From Vulcanimicrobiota bacterium (GTDB lineage Bacteria > Vulcanimicrobiota > CADAWZ01 > Ess09-12), in assembly GCA_031082125.1 (NCBI GenBank), contig JAVHLM010000003.1, positions 288,842-352,841 of the forward strand: a DNA stretch of 64,000 nucleotides, in the 5' to 3' direction. Of this stretch, positions 40,025 to 49,715 are shown piece by piece. The notes under the pieces were generated by a model. It saw only the letters and a program-made list of their open reading frames with translations. It was not told the origin of the DNA and searched no databases. Made by a program: the position numbers and the translations under genes. How positions within the stretch are numbered: the stretch's first letter is position 1; every line of letters begins with the position of its first letter.

Positions 40025-41899
40025 ATGACCCGCAAGCCCGTTGATGTGCTGCTTCTCAACCCGCCCCTCAGCCTGCCGATGCCCTATCTGAGCATCCCTG
40101 TCCTTGCCTCGTACCTCAGGTCGCAGGGAATCAGCGTTGCCGCGTACGACGTGAACGGCGAGTTCTATTACCGCTTCATCACAAGAGAAAACGTACGCAG
40201 AGGGATCTCCCACGCGGCGGAGAGGCTCCAGGTGCTCAACGGCAGGGAAGAGCTGCGCTTCACCGAGATGATTGAGTATATCTCCAGTTACTACTACCTC
40301 ACGGAAGTGGAGAAAAACCTCCCCAAGGTCACGGCCTATCTTTTCCCCTTCTCGGACTGGAAACTGCTCCAGCAGCTTGATATCGACAAGCTTTTGATGA
40401 CCCTCGCAACTCTCCCTTATTTCCCGGAGATCCTGGTCACAAAGCCCCAGTTCATGTACACAAGCCCTTACTATGAGTTCTCATCGAAAGAGATTATGGA
40501 GAGCACAGGCCATGAGAGCTTTTATTCCGCCGCGGTGAGGGAGATCATGGAAGATCTCCTCAGTGAGTATGACCCGAAACTCATCGGTATCTCGCTCGCC
40601 TTCAGCGTACAGGCCCTTCCCGCATTCCTGATGGCGCGGTTCATCAAGGAGATTAGGCCTGAGTGCCACCTCACCATAGGGGGGACCTTCGTCTCATCGT
40701 ACATGCGCAGCCTCAGGGACGACACGCTCTTCCGCCATGTGGACAGCTTCGTGCTTGACGAGGGGGAGTTCCCTCTTGTGCAGCTTTTGAGGGAGTACGC
40801 CGGGGGAAAGCCCGACCTCAGAAAGGTTCAGAACCTCATCTTTGCCGAGAAGGGAGAGGTGATCTATACCGGGCCTGCCGAGCCCTTTGACCTGGAGAAG
40901 TCCTCCGCGCCTGACTACGGGGTTTTCCCCCTTGAGAAGTACACGGTGCCCCGCGAGGACCTCATGATACTCTTCAGGATCGCGAGGGGCTGTCCCTGGC
41001 AGAAGTGCACCTTCTGCAGGACCGACATCCCCCAGTGCAGCAACTTCCAGCAGCCCTCACCGGAGCTGCTCTATGAACAGTTCCGGGAGGTAGTGAAACA
41101 GACGGGGGCGCGCCGCTATTACTTCACCTCCGACAGCGCCGATCCGCTGGTTCTGGAATATTTTGCAAGGAGAATCATTGACGACGGCTTGAAAATAGAC
41201 TGGTACTGCCACACCCGTGTTGACCTGAGGCTTACCAGGGAGCGCTGCGAGCTTTACGGGAAATCAGGGTGCACCGGCATCTATCTCGGTGTTGAGACCT
41301 TCAACGACAGGATACTGAAACTGATGAACAAGGGCATCACTTCTGAGTGTGCAGACCGGGTCCTCCGCCAGGTTGAAGGCGCCCTGGACCTCCGCCTCTA
41401 CATGATGGTGGGCTTCCCCGGCGAGACCAGAGAAGAGGCCCTTGAAGACTTCCGCAGAGTGCAGGAATATCTGAAGCTCGGCCTTATCAAGGACTACCAC
41501 TTCTCACCGGTGCAGATACTGCAGGGCTCCGCCATGTACCGGGACCTCGAAAAATACGGCATCACCAGCCTCATCACCACCGAGGGGGCCGATCTCGAGG
41601 GCGAGGTAAGCAACTTCACAAGCAGCGGGATGTCGCTGCAGCAGGTCATCGAATTTTTCCAGCAGTACGCTGCCGACCGCAGCAAGATCTTCCCGGAGTT
41701 CTTCTCCTCGGAGGGCCGGGAGCACCGGAGCCTCCGGATCAATGGCCGCGAGGTGGAGGCTGCCTTTGACATCGCTCAGATCGTGAGGACGGTGGACAGC
41801 CTCTGGGAGTTCGCGTACCTCACCAAGTCAAGATGGCTGGCCCTCGGCGAGAGCCGCATCGCCCCCCTGAAGCCCATGCTCACCGGGATGAGGCAGTGA
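40025..41899 (+). CDS. Cobalamin-dependent radical SAM enzyme 1 (putative class B methyltransferase)
   Basis: LLNPP..PYLSIPVLASYL B12 domain, IGG, EGE, RGCPWQKCTFC (Cx4Cx2C), GVE, MMVGFPGET. Confidence 0.9.
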   Translation: MTRKPVDVLLLNPPLSLPMPYLSIPVLASYLRSQGISVAAYDVNGEFYYRFITRENVRRGISHAAERLQVLNGREELRFTEMIEYISSYYYLTEVEKNLPKVTAYLFPFSDWKLLQQLDIDKLLMTLATLPYFPEILVTKPQFMYTSPYYEFSSKEIMESTGHESFYSAAVREIMEDLLSEYDPKLIGISLAFSVQALPAFLMARFIKEIRPECHLTIGGTFVSSYMRSLRDDTLFRHVDSFVLDEGEFPLVQLLREYAGGKPDLRKVQNLIFAEKGEVIYTGPAEPFDLEKSSAPDYGVFPLEKYTVPREDLMILFRIARGCPWQKCTFCRTDIPQCSNFQQPSPELLYEQFREVVKQTGARRYYFTSDSADPLVLEYFARRIIDDGLKIDWYCHTRVDLRLTRERCELYGKSGCTGIYLGVETFNDRILKLMNKGITSECADRVLRQVEGALDLRLYMMVGFPGETREEALEDFRRVQEYLKLGLIKDYHFSPVQILQGSAMYRDLEKYGITSLITTEGADLEGEVSNFTSSGMSLQQVIEFFQQYAADRSKIFPEFFSSEGREHRSLRINGREVEAAFDIAQIVRTVDSLWEFAYLTKSRWLALGESRIAPLKPMLTGMRQ

Positions 41900-43794
41900 T
41901 GAAGAAAGAAGCAGAGGTGCTCCTCATCAATCCCCCCTTCGCAGAGCCGCGGCCCTATATCAGCATCCCCACGCTTGTTTCATATCTTGAGTCCCGGGGC
42001 ATCCGCACCGCGGCATATGATCTCAACTGCGAGTTTTTCTACCGCTTTCTCACAAGGGAGAGGATCCGCAGGGGCATAGAATATGTTTCGGAGAGGTTCC
42101 TCGAGCTTAACGGCAGAGATGAGCTCGCCTTCAGGGAGATGCTTGAATACACGGTATGCTGCGATTTGCTCAGGGACATGGAGGAGCACCTGGGGAAGCT
42201 CACCCTGGCGCTCCTGCCTTTTTCAGATTTCCAGATACTCAGGAGCCTGGAGCTTGAGAGCCTGCTCAGCGGCCTCACGACAGCCCCCTATTTTCCCGAG
42301 CTCCTGATCTCGAAGCCCCAGTTCACTTATGCAAGCCCCTATTTCGAGTACTCCACGGCCGACATCGCGGAGAGCACGGGCCATGAGAGCTTTTATTCCG
42401 CCCTCTTAAGAGAGATAATCGCTGAAATACTCGACGAGTATGAGCCCAGGGTGGCGGGCATCTCAATAGTGCTCACAGAGCAGGTGGTGCCTGCTTTCCT
42501 TGCGGCACGCATCATCAAGGAGTTGAAGCCTGACCTTCATGTAACGGTCGGCGGGCCCTTTGTCTCCACTTATCTGAAGGATCTCAAGAACACGGTGCTC
42601 TTTGATTACGTGGACAGCCTGGTCTTTGACGAGGGTGAGCTCCCCCTCGAGCAGCTCGCCAGGGAGCTCGCGGGCACGAAGCCCGACCTCGGGAGAGTGC
42701 AGAACCTCGCATATCTGAAAAACGGGAGCCTTGTATCCACTCCCCCGGCAGAAACACTTCCTGCCGAGGCATCGCCTCCTCCCGACTACAGGGCCCTTCC
42801 CCTGGACAGGTATCTTGTCTCAGAAAGAAACGCCGAGATGCTCTTCAGGCTCTCGAAGGGATGCTCGTGGCACCGCTGCACCTTCTGCAGGACCGACATC
42901 GCGATGTGCCGGGAATACCGGCAGGCCCCTCATTCCTTCGTCTATGAGAGCCTGCTCGAGGTCATCAGGGACACGGGGTGCGGCAGGTTCCGCTTTACCA
43001 GCGAAGATTCTGACCCGCTGCTCCTTGAGCATATCTCGAAGAGGCTCCTGGAAGACGGCATATCCATAAAGTGGCGATGCCACGCACGCGTTGACGCGCG
43101 GTTCACCAGGGAGCGCGGCGAGCTCTACCGCAAGGCGGGGTGCACGAGCCTTTACCTCGGCGTGGAATCTTTCAGCGACAGGATCCTGCGCATGATGAAC
43201 AAGGGGATTACCTGCGGGCTCATTGACAGGGTCCTCACAGAGCTCGGCGGCGGCGTTCCCGTGCGCCTCTATATGATGGTGGGATTTCCGGGGGAGACTG
43301 AAGAAGAGGCGCTCGCCGGGTACGGGAAGGTGCGCTCCCTTCTTGAGCAAGGCCTTATCGGCGACTATAAGTACTCTATCTTCGAGATGCAGTCAGGATC
43401 AGAAGTGGGGGAGCACCCGGAGCGTTTCGGCCTCAGTGATCTTAGCCGTTACCCGCGCTCGGACCTGCCCTCTGAGATACTGGAGTTCGAAAGCAGAGGG
43501 ATGCCCAGGGAACGGGCTCTCATGCTGGCCGCAGAGTTCGAGAAAAACAGGAGAGAGTGGGATCCCCAGCTGGACAGGGTCTGTGAGCGCTATGAAGAGA
43601 CGGTTGAGCACGTCACTGTGAAGGGAGACCCCGTGGAGGTGAGGTTCAACGTCAAGGAGATACTGGAGAGAATGGCCCATTCCACGGGGCTCTATTTCCT
43701 CCCCCGGATCGGGGAATGGATACGGTACGGGGAACAGCATATCACCCCTGTCAGGGCTGCCCGCCGGGCGTCGCAGCCGCTCAGCACTGTATGA
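41899..43794 (+). CDS. Cobalamin-dependent radical SAM enzyme 2
   Basis: Paralog with KGCSWHRCTFC; TGATG overlap with enzyme 1. Confidence 0.9.
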   Translation: MKKEAEVLLINPPFAEPRPYISIPTLVSYLESRGIRTAAYDLNCEFFYRFLTRERIRRGIEYVSERFLELNGRDELAFREMLEYTVCCDLLRDMEEHLGKLTLALLPFSDFQILRSLELESLLSGLTTAPYFPELLISKPQFTYASPYFEYSTADIAESTGHESFYSALLREIIAEILDEYEPRVAGISIVLTEQVVPAFLAARIIKELKPDLHVTVGGPFVSTYLKDLKNTVLFDYVDSLVFDEGELPLEQLARELAGTKPDLGRVQNLAYLKNGSLVSTPPAETLPAEASPPPDYRALPLDRYLVSERNAEMLFRLSKGCSWHRCTFCRTDIAMCREYRQAPHSFVYESLLEVIRDTGCGRFRFTSEDSDPLLLEHISKRLLEDGISIKWRCHARVDARFTRERGELYRKAGCTSLYLGVESFSDRILRMMNKGITCGLIDRVLTELGGGVPVRLYMMVGFPGETEEEALAGYGKVRSLLEQGLIGDYKYSIFEMQSGSEVGEHPERFGLSDLSRYPRSDLPSEILEFESRGMPRERALMLAAEFEKNRREWDPQLDRVCERYEETVEHVTVKGDPVEVRFNVKEILERMAHSTGLYFLPRIGEWIRYGEQHITPVRAARRASQPLSTV

Positions 43795-45629
43795 AAAAAC
43801 CTGTTGACGTGCTTCTCATCAATCCTCCCTTCTCAAGGCCCGATGAGCCTGTGATAGGCATCGCCACCCTCGCGGCATATCTCAAGACGAGGCAGATCAC
43901 TGTCGAGGCGAAAGATGCAAGCCTCGAGCTCTTTCGCAGAACAGTAACGAATGACTGCATCAATGAAGAGAGAGCCTATGCCGGAGAGAGGTTCACGGAG
44001 CTCAACGGCAGAAGCGTTCTCGACTTCTGCGGGATCTATGAGTACGTGAGGCTCTTTTCCCTGCTTCTGCGCCTGCAGGGGCTTCAGGGCATCTTTGATG
44101 ATGCCGGGGGGGATCTCTGGGAAAAGCTCAGGCATGCAAGCGACACGGTGAGGTCCTCGTTTCTCGAGCTTGCCACGGCATCGTTCTTTCCCCGCTTCAT
44201 ACTCTATGGAGGCCCGCCGACCTTCAGCTGCCACTCTCCTTACCACCACTTCTCCAAAGCCGACATACTCGCTTCCCTTGACGATCCCGCCTGGTACTCC
44301 GAGGCGCTCGAGAATACTATTGCACTGTACTTTGAGGAGATGAGCCCGCGGATCGCCGCAATCTCGGTGTCATACTTTAACCAGATTATTCCGGCCTTTC
44401 AGTGCGCCCGCATCATAAGAAGGATTGCGCCGGGTGTCCATATCAGCATGGGAGGATCGGCGGTCCAGATATTTTTTCGGAAGGTGAGGGATACCGGGCT
44501 CTTCGCCATTGTTGACACCATTGCCACCGGAGACGGCGAGGCGACGCTCGAGGCGCTCTCACGAGAGCTTCAGAGGAAGTCAGCCTCACTGGAGGCGGTG
44601 CCAGGAATCATCTACCTGTCAGGCACGATGGTGAAAAAAAATGACCCGGCGCCGCCCCTTCCTGTTGAAGGCCTCTCCCTCCCCGATTACAGGGCCTTCC
44701 CCCCGGAAGACTTCATGGCCGGCCCCGAGGCAATGCGCTTGCCCCTGAGGCTCTCGAAGGGGTGCTCCTGGGGCAGGTGCTCCTTCTGCCGGACCGAGCT
44801 TTCCATGATAAAAGCGTACCAGGCGCCGACGGCGGGGCGCCTCTTCCCGATGGTCACCGATTTCATCATTGCCACGGGGTGCCGGAAGATCCACTTTGCC
44901 GACGAGTCAATTGATCCCGAAGCCCTGGAGGAGATCTCGAAAGAGCTCATCGGCAGGGAACTCACCCTTGACTGGAACTTTCAGACGAGAATCAACAGAA
45001 AGATCACTGAGAGGCGCTGCAGGCTCTTCAGGGAGGCGGGATGCTCGGCCATCTCCTTCGGTGCAGAATCCTTCAGCGACAGGGTCCTTGGCCTGATGAG
45101 CAAGGGCATCACGGCAGAGCTCATAGAAAAGGTGCTCTATGAGGCCGGGAGCGTTCTGCCTGTCACCATCTTCATGATGGTGGGCTTCCCCGGCGAGACC
45201 GAAGAGGAAGCGAGGGAGAGCTTCAGGAAAGTCCGGGAGCTTGCCCGGGCAGGAGTGATCCGCGATTATATCTACTCCCCCTTCATTATCCACTCAGGCT
45301 CTGCAATGATGGCGGAGCCGGGGCGCTACGGCATCACCGAGCTGCACCACGGTCCTGGAGAAGACCTTTCACCTGATATCATCGATTATCAGTGCACCGG
45401 CATGGCAAGGGAAAAAGCCAGGGAGCTCTTCATCGAGTTTTCCCGGAGCCAGGCAGGCCGCCGGCCCTGGCCGCCGGAGGTCAGGATAGGAAAAAATACC
45501 GTTCCGCGGAGGTTTGACGTGGAAGAAATGATGGGGATCATTGCCCGGGAGACCTCCATGCGCCCTGCGATGCCCCTCTACCGCCTGATCATCACGGCAG
45601 AAGCGTCGCTTGCTCCTGAATCCATATGA
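43791..45629 (+). CDS. Cobalamin-dependent radical SAM enzyme 3
   Basis: Paralog with KGCSWGRCSFC; ATGA overlap with enzyme 2. Confidence 0.9.
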   Translation: MKKPVDVLLINPPFSRPDEPVIGIATLAAYLKTRQITVEAKDASLELFRRTVTNDCINEERAYAGERFTELNGRSVLDFCGIYEYVRLFSLLLRLQGLQGIFDDAGGDLWEKLRHASDTVRSSFLELATASFFPRFILYGGPPTFSCHSPYHHFSKADILASLDDPAWYSEALENTIALYFEEMSPRIAAISVSYFNQIIPAFQCARIIRRIAPGVHISMGGSAVQIFFRKVRDTGLFAIVDTIATGDGEATLEALSRELQRKSASLEAVPGIIYLSGTMVKKNDPAPPLPVEGLSLPDYRAFPPEDFMAGPEAMRLPLRLSKGCSWGRCSFCRTELSMIKAYQAPTAGRLFPMVTDFIIATGCRKIHFADESIDPEALEEISKELIGRELTLDWNFQTRINRKITERRCRLFREAGCSAISFGAESFSDRVLGLMSKGITAELIEKVLYEAGSVLPVTIFMMVGFPGETEEEARESFRKVRELARAGVIRDYIYSPFIIHSGSAMMAEPGRYGITELHHGPGEDLSPDIIDYQCTGMAREKARELFIEFSRSQAGRRPWPPEVRIGKNTVPRRFDVEEMMGIIARETSMRPAMPLYRLIITAEASLAPESI

Positions 45630-45645
45630 CAGGGAGGAGAAAAAC

Positions 45646-46746
45646 GTGTTCACAGAAAAGAGCCGCCTTTCCCTCAAGAGAACCATATACTCGGTGATGC
45701 TTGACGGCAAAGATCTCGTGCTTCTTTGCACCCCCTGCGAGCCCGTGGTGCTGAAGGAGCTCTCACCTTTCAGAAGGGAACTCCTCATTCTGCTTGACGG
45801 GAGGCGCACCGCGGGAGAGATCATGCAGGAGCTGAACGCGCGGGGCCATCGGTGCATTTTCAGCAAGGTGAGGGAAGAGCTTGATCGGCTCGATGAGTGG
45901 CTCCTTCTGGAAGAGGAGGGTGATGCTCCTTTGCCGGAGGATACAGAGCATGCGGGGCGTAACGACCGCACGCGCCTGTGGTTCGCCGCCAGGAGGACCT
46001 CAGGTGCCTCCTTTGCCCGCCAGGCAGAGAGAGATCTCCAGTCGGCCCATATCGTCCTCTTCGGCCTGGGAGGGCTGGGCTCGCAGCTCTTCACCCAGCT
46101 CCTGCTGACAGGCATCGGTGAGATCACCGCCGTTGACTGCGAGAAGGTGGAGGAGAGCAACCTGAACAGGCAGAGCCTCTTCTACGAGAGCAACGTGGGC
46201 CGCCTGAAGACGGAGGCTGCGGCGGAGCGGGCCCGGCTGATGAACAGCTCAGCATCCATTCATTTTGTGGATAAGAGAATCGCCTCGGCTGGAGACTTCG
46301 CCTCACTGATGGCCCCTGCGAGCCTGGCGCTCCTCGCCGCCGATACTCCCCGCGACATGATATTCGACTGGATGAACGAGGCCAGTTACACGACAGGCGT
46401 GCCGGTGCTCTACAGCAACGGTGTCCTCCAGTCCTCCATGGGGATCGGCCCGCTGGTGATCCCTGGCAGGACGGCGTGCTATCAGTGCTCGATGCCCGAA
46501 GGCGCCCGTTTTGAAGACCCCCTCGTGGAGCAGATCAACAGGCGGCACTGCCACGGGGTGATACTCCCTCCTCTTGCCATGTGCGCGGGTCTTATGGTGC
46601 TTGAGCTCGTGAGGCATCTCACTGGATGCGAACCCTGCCGGATTTATGACCGCAGGCTTCACATGGACTTCAGAAATTACCGGATGTGGTTCCAGGATAT
46701 AGAAAAGCGCCGGAGCTGCCCTTTCTGCGAACAGAGAGCGCCATGA
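45646..46746 (+). CDS. ThiF/MoeB/HesA-family adenylyltransferase with N-terminal wHTH (RRE-like) domain
   Basis: GLGGLGS, VD.EKVEESNLNRQ, Zn ligands CYQC and CPFC. GGAGGAG RBS before the GTG at 45646. Confidence 0.88.
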   Translation: MFTEKSRLSLKRTIYSVMLDGKDLVLLCTPCEPVVLKELSPFRRELLILLDGRRTAGEIMQELNARGHRCIFSKVREELDRLDEWLLLEEEGDAPLPEDTEHAGRNDRTRLWFAARRTSGASFARQAERDLQSAHIVLFGLGGLGSQLFTQLLLTGIGEITAVDCEKVEESNLNRQSLFYESNVGRLKTEAAAERARLMNSSASIHFVDKRIASAGDFASLMAPASLALLAADTPRDMIFDWMNEASYTTGVPVLYSNGVLQSSMGIGPLVIPGRTACYQCSMPEGARFEDPLVEQINRRHCHGVILPPLAMCAGLMVLELVRHLTGCEPCRIYDRRLHMDFRNYRMWFQDIEKRRSCPFCEQRAP

Positions 46747-46807
46747 CAGGCTGCAGGCTCCCCGCCGGTGAATTGGCGCCCGGCAGGCTTCCTGAGGTGT
46801 GCCTTGG

Positions 46808-49711
46808 CTAGGTGAGCTGGCGGTCCGCCAGCTTCCTGAAGGTGCCCTCGACGCTCATGAGCTCTTTGAAGGTGCCTGCCTGCACGATCCTCCCTTTCTC
46901 CAGCACATAGATCCTGTCGGCCTTCACCACGGTGCTGAGCCTCTGTGCTATTACTATCTTTGTGGCCTTGAGAGTGAGAAGCTGTTCCGTCACCACGCTC
47001 TGGACCCTGTTGTCAAGAGAGCTCGTCGCTTCATCGAAGAGCAGTATTCTCGGCTTTTTCGCCAGGGCCCGGGCTATCAGGAGCCTCTGCTTCTGGCCTC
47101 CTGAGAAAGTCTGTTCCCCTTCCATGACCACGGTGTGCATTCCCATCGGCATGGCCTTGATATCCTGGTCTATGCCGGCTGTCCTTGCTGCCTCCCACGC
47201 GTCATCGAGGGAGAGCTCCACCGAGCCCGAGATGTTGGAAAAGATATCGCCGGCCATCAGCTCGCTTTTCTGCAGCACTGCTCCAATCTGGCTCCTCACG
47301 GCCGAGATGTCGAGGGTCCCGAGGTCTCTCCCGTCATAGTAAAGGGCCCCCTGCTCGGGCGCCTCAAAGCCGAGGAGGCACCTGAAAAGGGTTGATTTCC
47401 CTGATCCCGAGGGCCCCACGAAGGCAATAAACTCGCCGGGCTTCGCCTGGAAGGTGACGCTCTTCAGCACCATGGGACCGTCGGTCCTGTAACGGAAAGA
47501 GAGATTGCTCGCCTCCACGGCACCATGGAGCTCGCCGGGGTCAAGCTTCTCCTCGTCAACCTCCTGTAATGCCTCAAATATAGGCTTCATCCTGTCGTAG
47601 AGGGGAACGCTCCTTACGAGCTCCCCCGCAATGGCACCCAACTGGATCATGGCGGCAAGAAACCCGGTGAAGGCGGCGTTGAAAGCGAGAAAATTCCCCA
47701 GGCTCATGGAGGTCCCTCCGATGACCTCAGCGTTATGCTCCATGGTGGCGGCGAGAGCAAAAATTGCGCCTGCGGACAGGAGAGGGAGCATTGAGGTGAA
47801 GACCTCGAGACGGGCGCCCACAAGGCCGGCTTTATAGGAAAAGTTTTTCTGACGCGAGAACTTCCCGGCCCATTCTGAAAAAGCGAGAGCCTGTGCCCCT
47901 GCTATCTTTATCTTGCCGATCCCTTTCACAAGGTCAAAGACGAAGCCATAGAGCTGTCCCTGGATATTGATCTCTCTGCGGGCGAGGGAAAGCTGGAGAG
48001 AGCTGGCAAGAATAATCGCCGCGAGCAGTGCCAGGGCAAAGAGAGCGGCAGTTATTGCAAGACTGCTCTGATAATAGAAAAGGATCAGAAAGCTGAAGGA
48101 GGCATAGATCGCCCCCTGTATGGCCGGTAAGGCAAGGCCCTCGAAGAACTGGCTCATGATGGAGTCGAAGCCCAGGGAGCGCATGGCGAGATCACCTGAC
48201 GAGTACCTGTTGAAGAAAGCGCAGGGCAGGGCCATGAGCCGATCCCACAGGGCGCACTGGATGACGCCCTTGGCCGTTCCTTCCATCCTGAGAAAAGCAA
48301 CACCCTGGGTAAACTGAAAGACTGCCACCGCAAGAGAGCCCGCCAGAAGGGCCACGGAGAGCTGCACCAGGAGGGGCATCTCCCTTTCCGGGACTATCAA
48401 GTCAAAGATTATCCCCGTCGCCACAGGAATAAGCAGGCCGAATAACCCCATTGCCATCGCCACAAAAACCGATACCTTCATGTCGGATTTAAGCAGCGGC
48501 AGGCTGATGAGCAGGATATCCCGTAGGGAAAGAGGTTTATTGGGAAAGGGCCTGTAGAGCATGTAAGCCTTAGTATCAATGGAGGCGGCTCTCTCCCTGT
48601 CAACAGGAAACTCGGAAATTTCACCTGAAGCAACCCCCTTATAGCGTCCTTTACAAGGCAGAAGAGCCAGAGGCTTCCCCGATTCCTTGAGAAAACCGAC
48701 CATGGGCCCCCTTTCCCTCTTCCACCAATCACCTTCGAGGGTGACTCTCCGCGTCCTCACCTTTGACGCTCTTGAAATGGCCGAAAGAGAGAGGGGTGGA
48801 GCATTCTCCCCATGCGAAGCAGGAGGCTCTTTCAGCGTGAAATGCATATATTCAGCCACACGCCGGCAAGCGTTGAAAAGAGGCGATTCGCCGGAAGGCG
48901 CCTCCTCCCCGGGTGAGCCTGCCTTCTCCGTTGATGAGGCGAGATAATGGAGGGCTTTACTCAATACCTGGCCCTCATGCTGCCTCCTCTGCTCAATGGT
49001 CTCCGATTCCCTGCGCTCCTGCCCGTCCATCGAATGGCCGATGGCGCAGAGCACCGCCCTGTGAAACGCGCTGAGCCCGGCAAGCTCCCGGTCTTCCGCG
49101 ACGTAGTGGGCGGTAGTCAATGACTTCAGCCTTGAGGGCTCGCGGCATGATGCCCATCCAAGGCGGGAGAGGGGGAAGTATGAGCCGGAAAGGGCGCATG
49201 GCTCTCCATCGATGCCCATAAATGCCGAGGCCCCTTCCCGGTGTGAGATCCACAGGACGGGAGCGAGTGAGCTGATGGCGTCATCCTTCTCAGCGAGGTA
49301 CTCTTCACCTTCGGTGAGAAGCCTCAGCTTTCTTGGAAGTGATGCCGTTCTGAGAAGCCCCCTCGAAAGCGCCTCGATCCATCGGTCAGCAAGAGGGACA
49401 AGCTCCGCGCCAACTGCTGAGATACTTGTCTCTTGGAGCTCTGTCCCGTTTTCGCCCACGGCGAGGAGTGCGATGCCCTGAAAGGGCTCGAAACCGAAGA
49501 GAGCCTCATCCTTCTCAATTGTGCAGACATAATGACGGTATGAGGCCGCGCCGCCATGCCTCACGGCAAAGATATTGACACGGTTTTTCCTCACTATCCA
49601 GACAGACCCCGTTCCTTCGGCAAAAAAAGGCTCATTTCCGCCGACGGCTCTTCTGCCTTCAGGTCTGTTGCTCTCGTTTCTGCCGTCTCCTTCCATGCTC
49701 CGCTCCCTCAA
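46808..49711 (-). CDS. NHLP/Nif11 bacteriocin export ABC transporter permease/ATPase (no active peptidase)
   Basis: R.V.LEGDWWK..GP, YRPFP, GPSGSGKST, FSGGQKQR, DEATSSLD motifs. Confidence 0.9.
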   Translation of the reverse strand: MRERSMEGDGRNESNRPEGRRAVGGNEPFFAEGTGSVWIVRKNRVNIFAVRHGGAASYRHYVCTIEKDEALFGFEPFQGIALLAVGENGTELQETSISAVGAELVPLADRWIEALSRGLLRTASLPRKLRLLTEGEEYLAEKDDAISSLAPVLWISHREGASAFMGIDGEPCALSGSYFPLSRLGWASCREPSRLKSLTTAHYVAEDRELAGLSAFHRAVLCAIGHSMDGQERRESETIEQRRQHEGQVLSKALHYLASSTEKAGSPGEEAPSGESPLFNACRRVAEYMHFTLKEPPASHGENAPPLSLSAISRASKVRTRRVTLEGDWWKRERGPMVGFLKESGKPLALLPCKGRYKGVASGEISEFPVDRERAASIDTKAYMLYRPFPNKPLSLRDILLISLPLLKSDMKVSVFVAMAMGLFGLLIPVATGIIFDLIVPEREMPLLVQLSVALLAGSLAVAVFQFTQGVAFLRMEGTAKGVIQCALWDRLMALPCAFFNRYSSGDLAMRSLGFDSIMSQFFEGLALPAIQGAIYASFSFLILFYYQSSLAITAALFALALLAAIILASSLQLSLARREINIQGQLYGFVFDLVKGIGKIKIAGAQALAFSEWAGKFSRQKNFSYKAGLVGARLEVFTSMLPLLSAGAIFALAATMEHNAEVIGGTSMSLGNFLAFNAAFTGFLAAMIQLGAIAGELVRSVPLYDRMKPIFEALQEVDEEKLDPGELHGAVEASNLSFRYRTDGPMVLKSVTFQAKPGEFIAFVGPSGSGKSTLFRCLLGFEAPEQGALYYDGRDLGTLDISAVRSQIGAVLQKSELMAGDIFSNISGSVELSLDDAWEAARTAGIDQDIKAMPMGMHTVVMEGEQTFSGGQKQRLLIARALAKKPRILLFDEATSSLDNRVQSVVTEQLLTLKATKIVIAQRLSTVVKADRIYVLEKGRIVQAGTFKELMSVEGTFRKLADRQLT

Positions 49712-49715
49712 TTAC

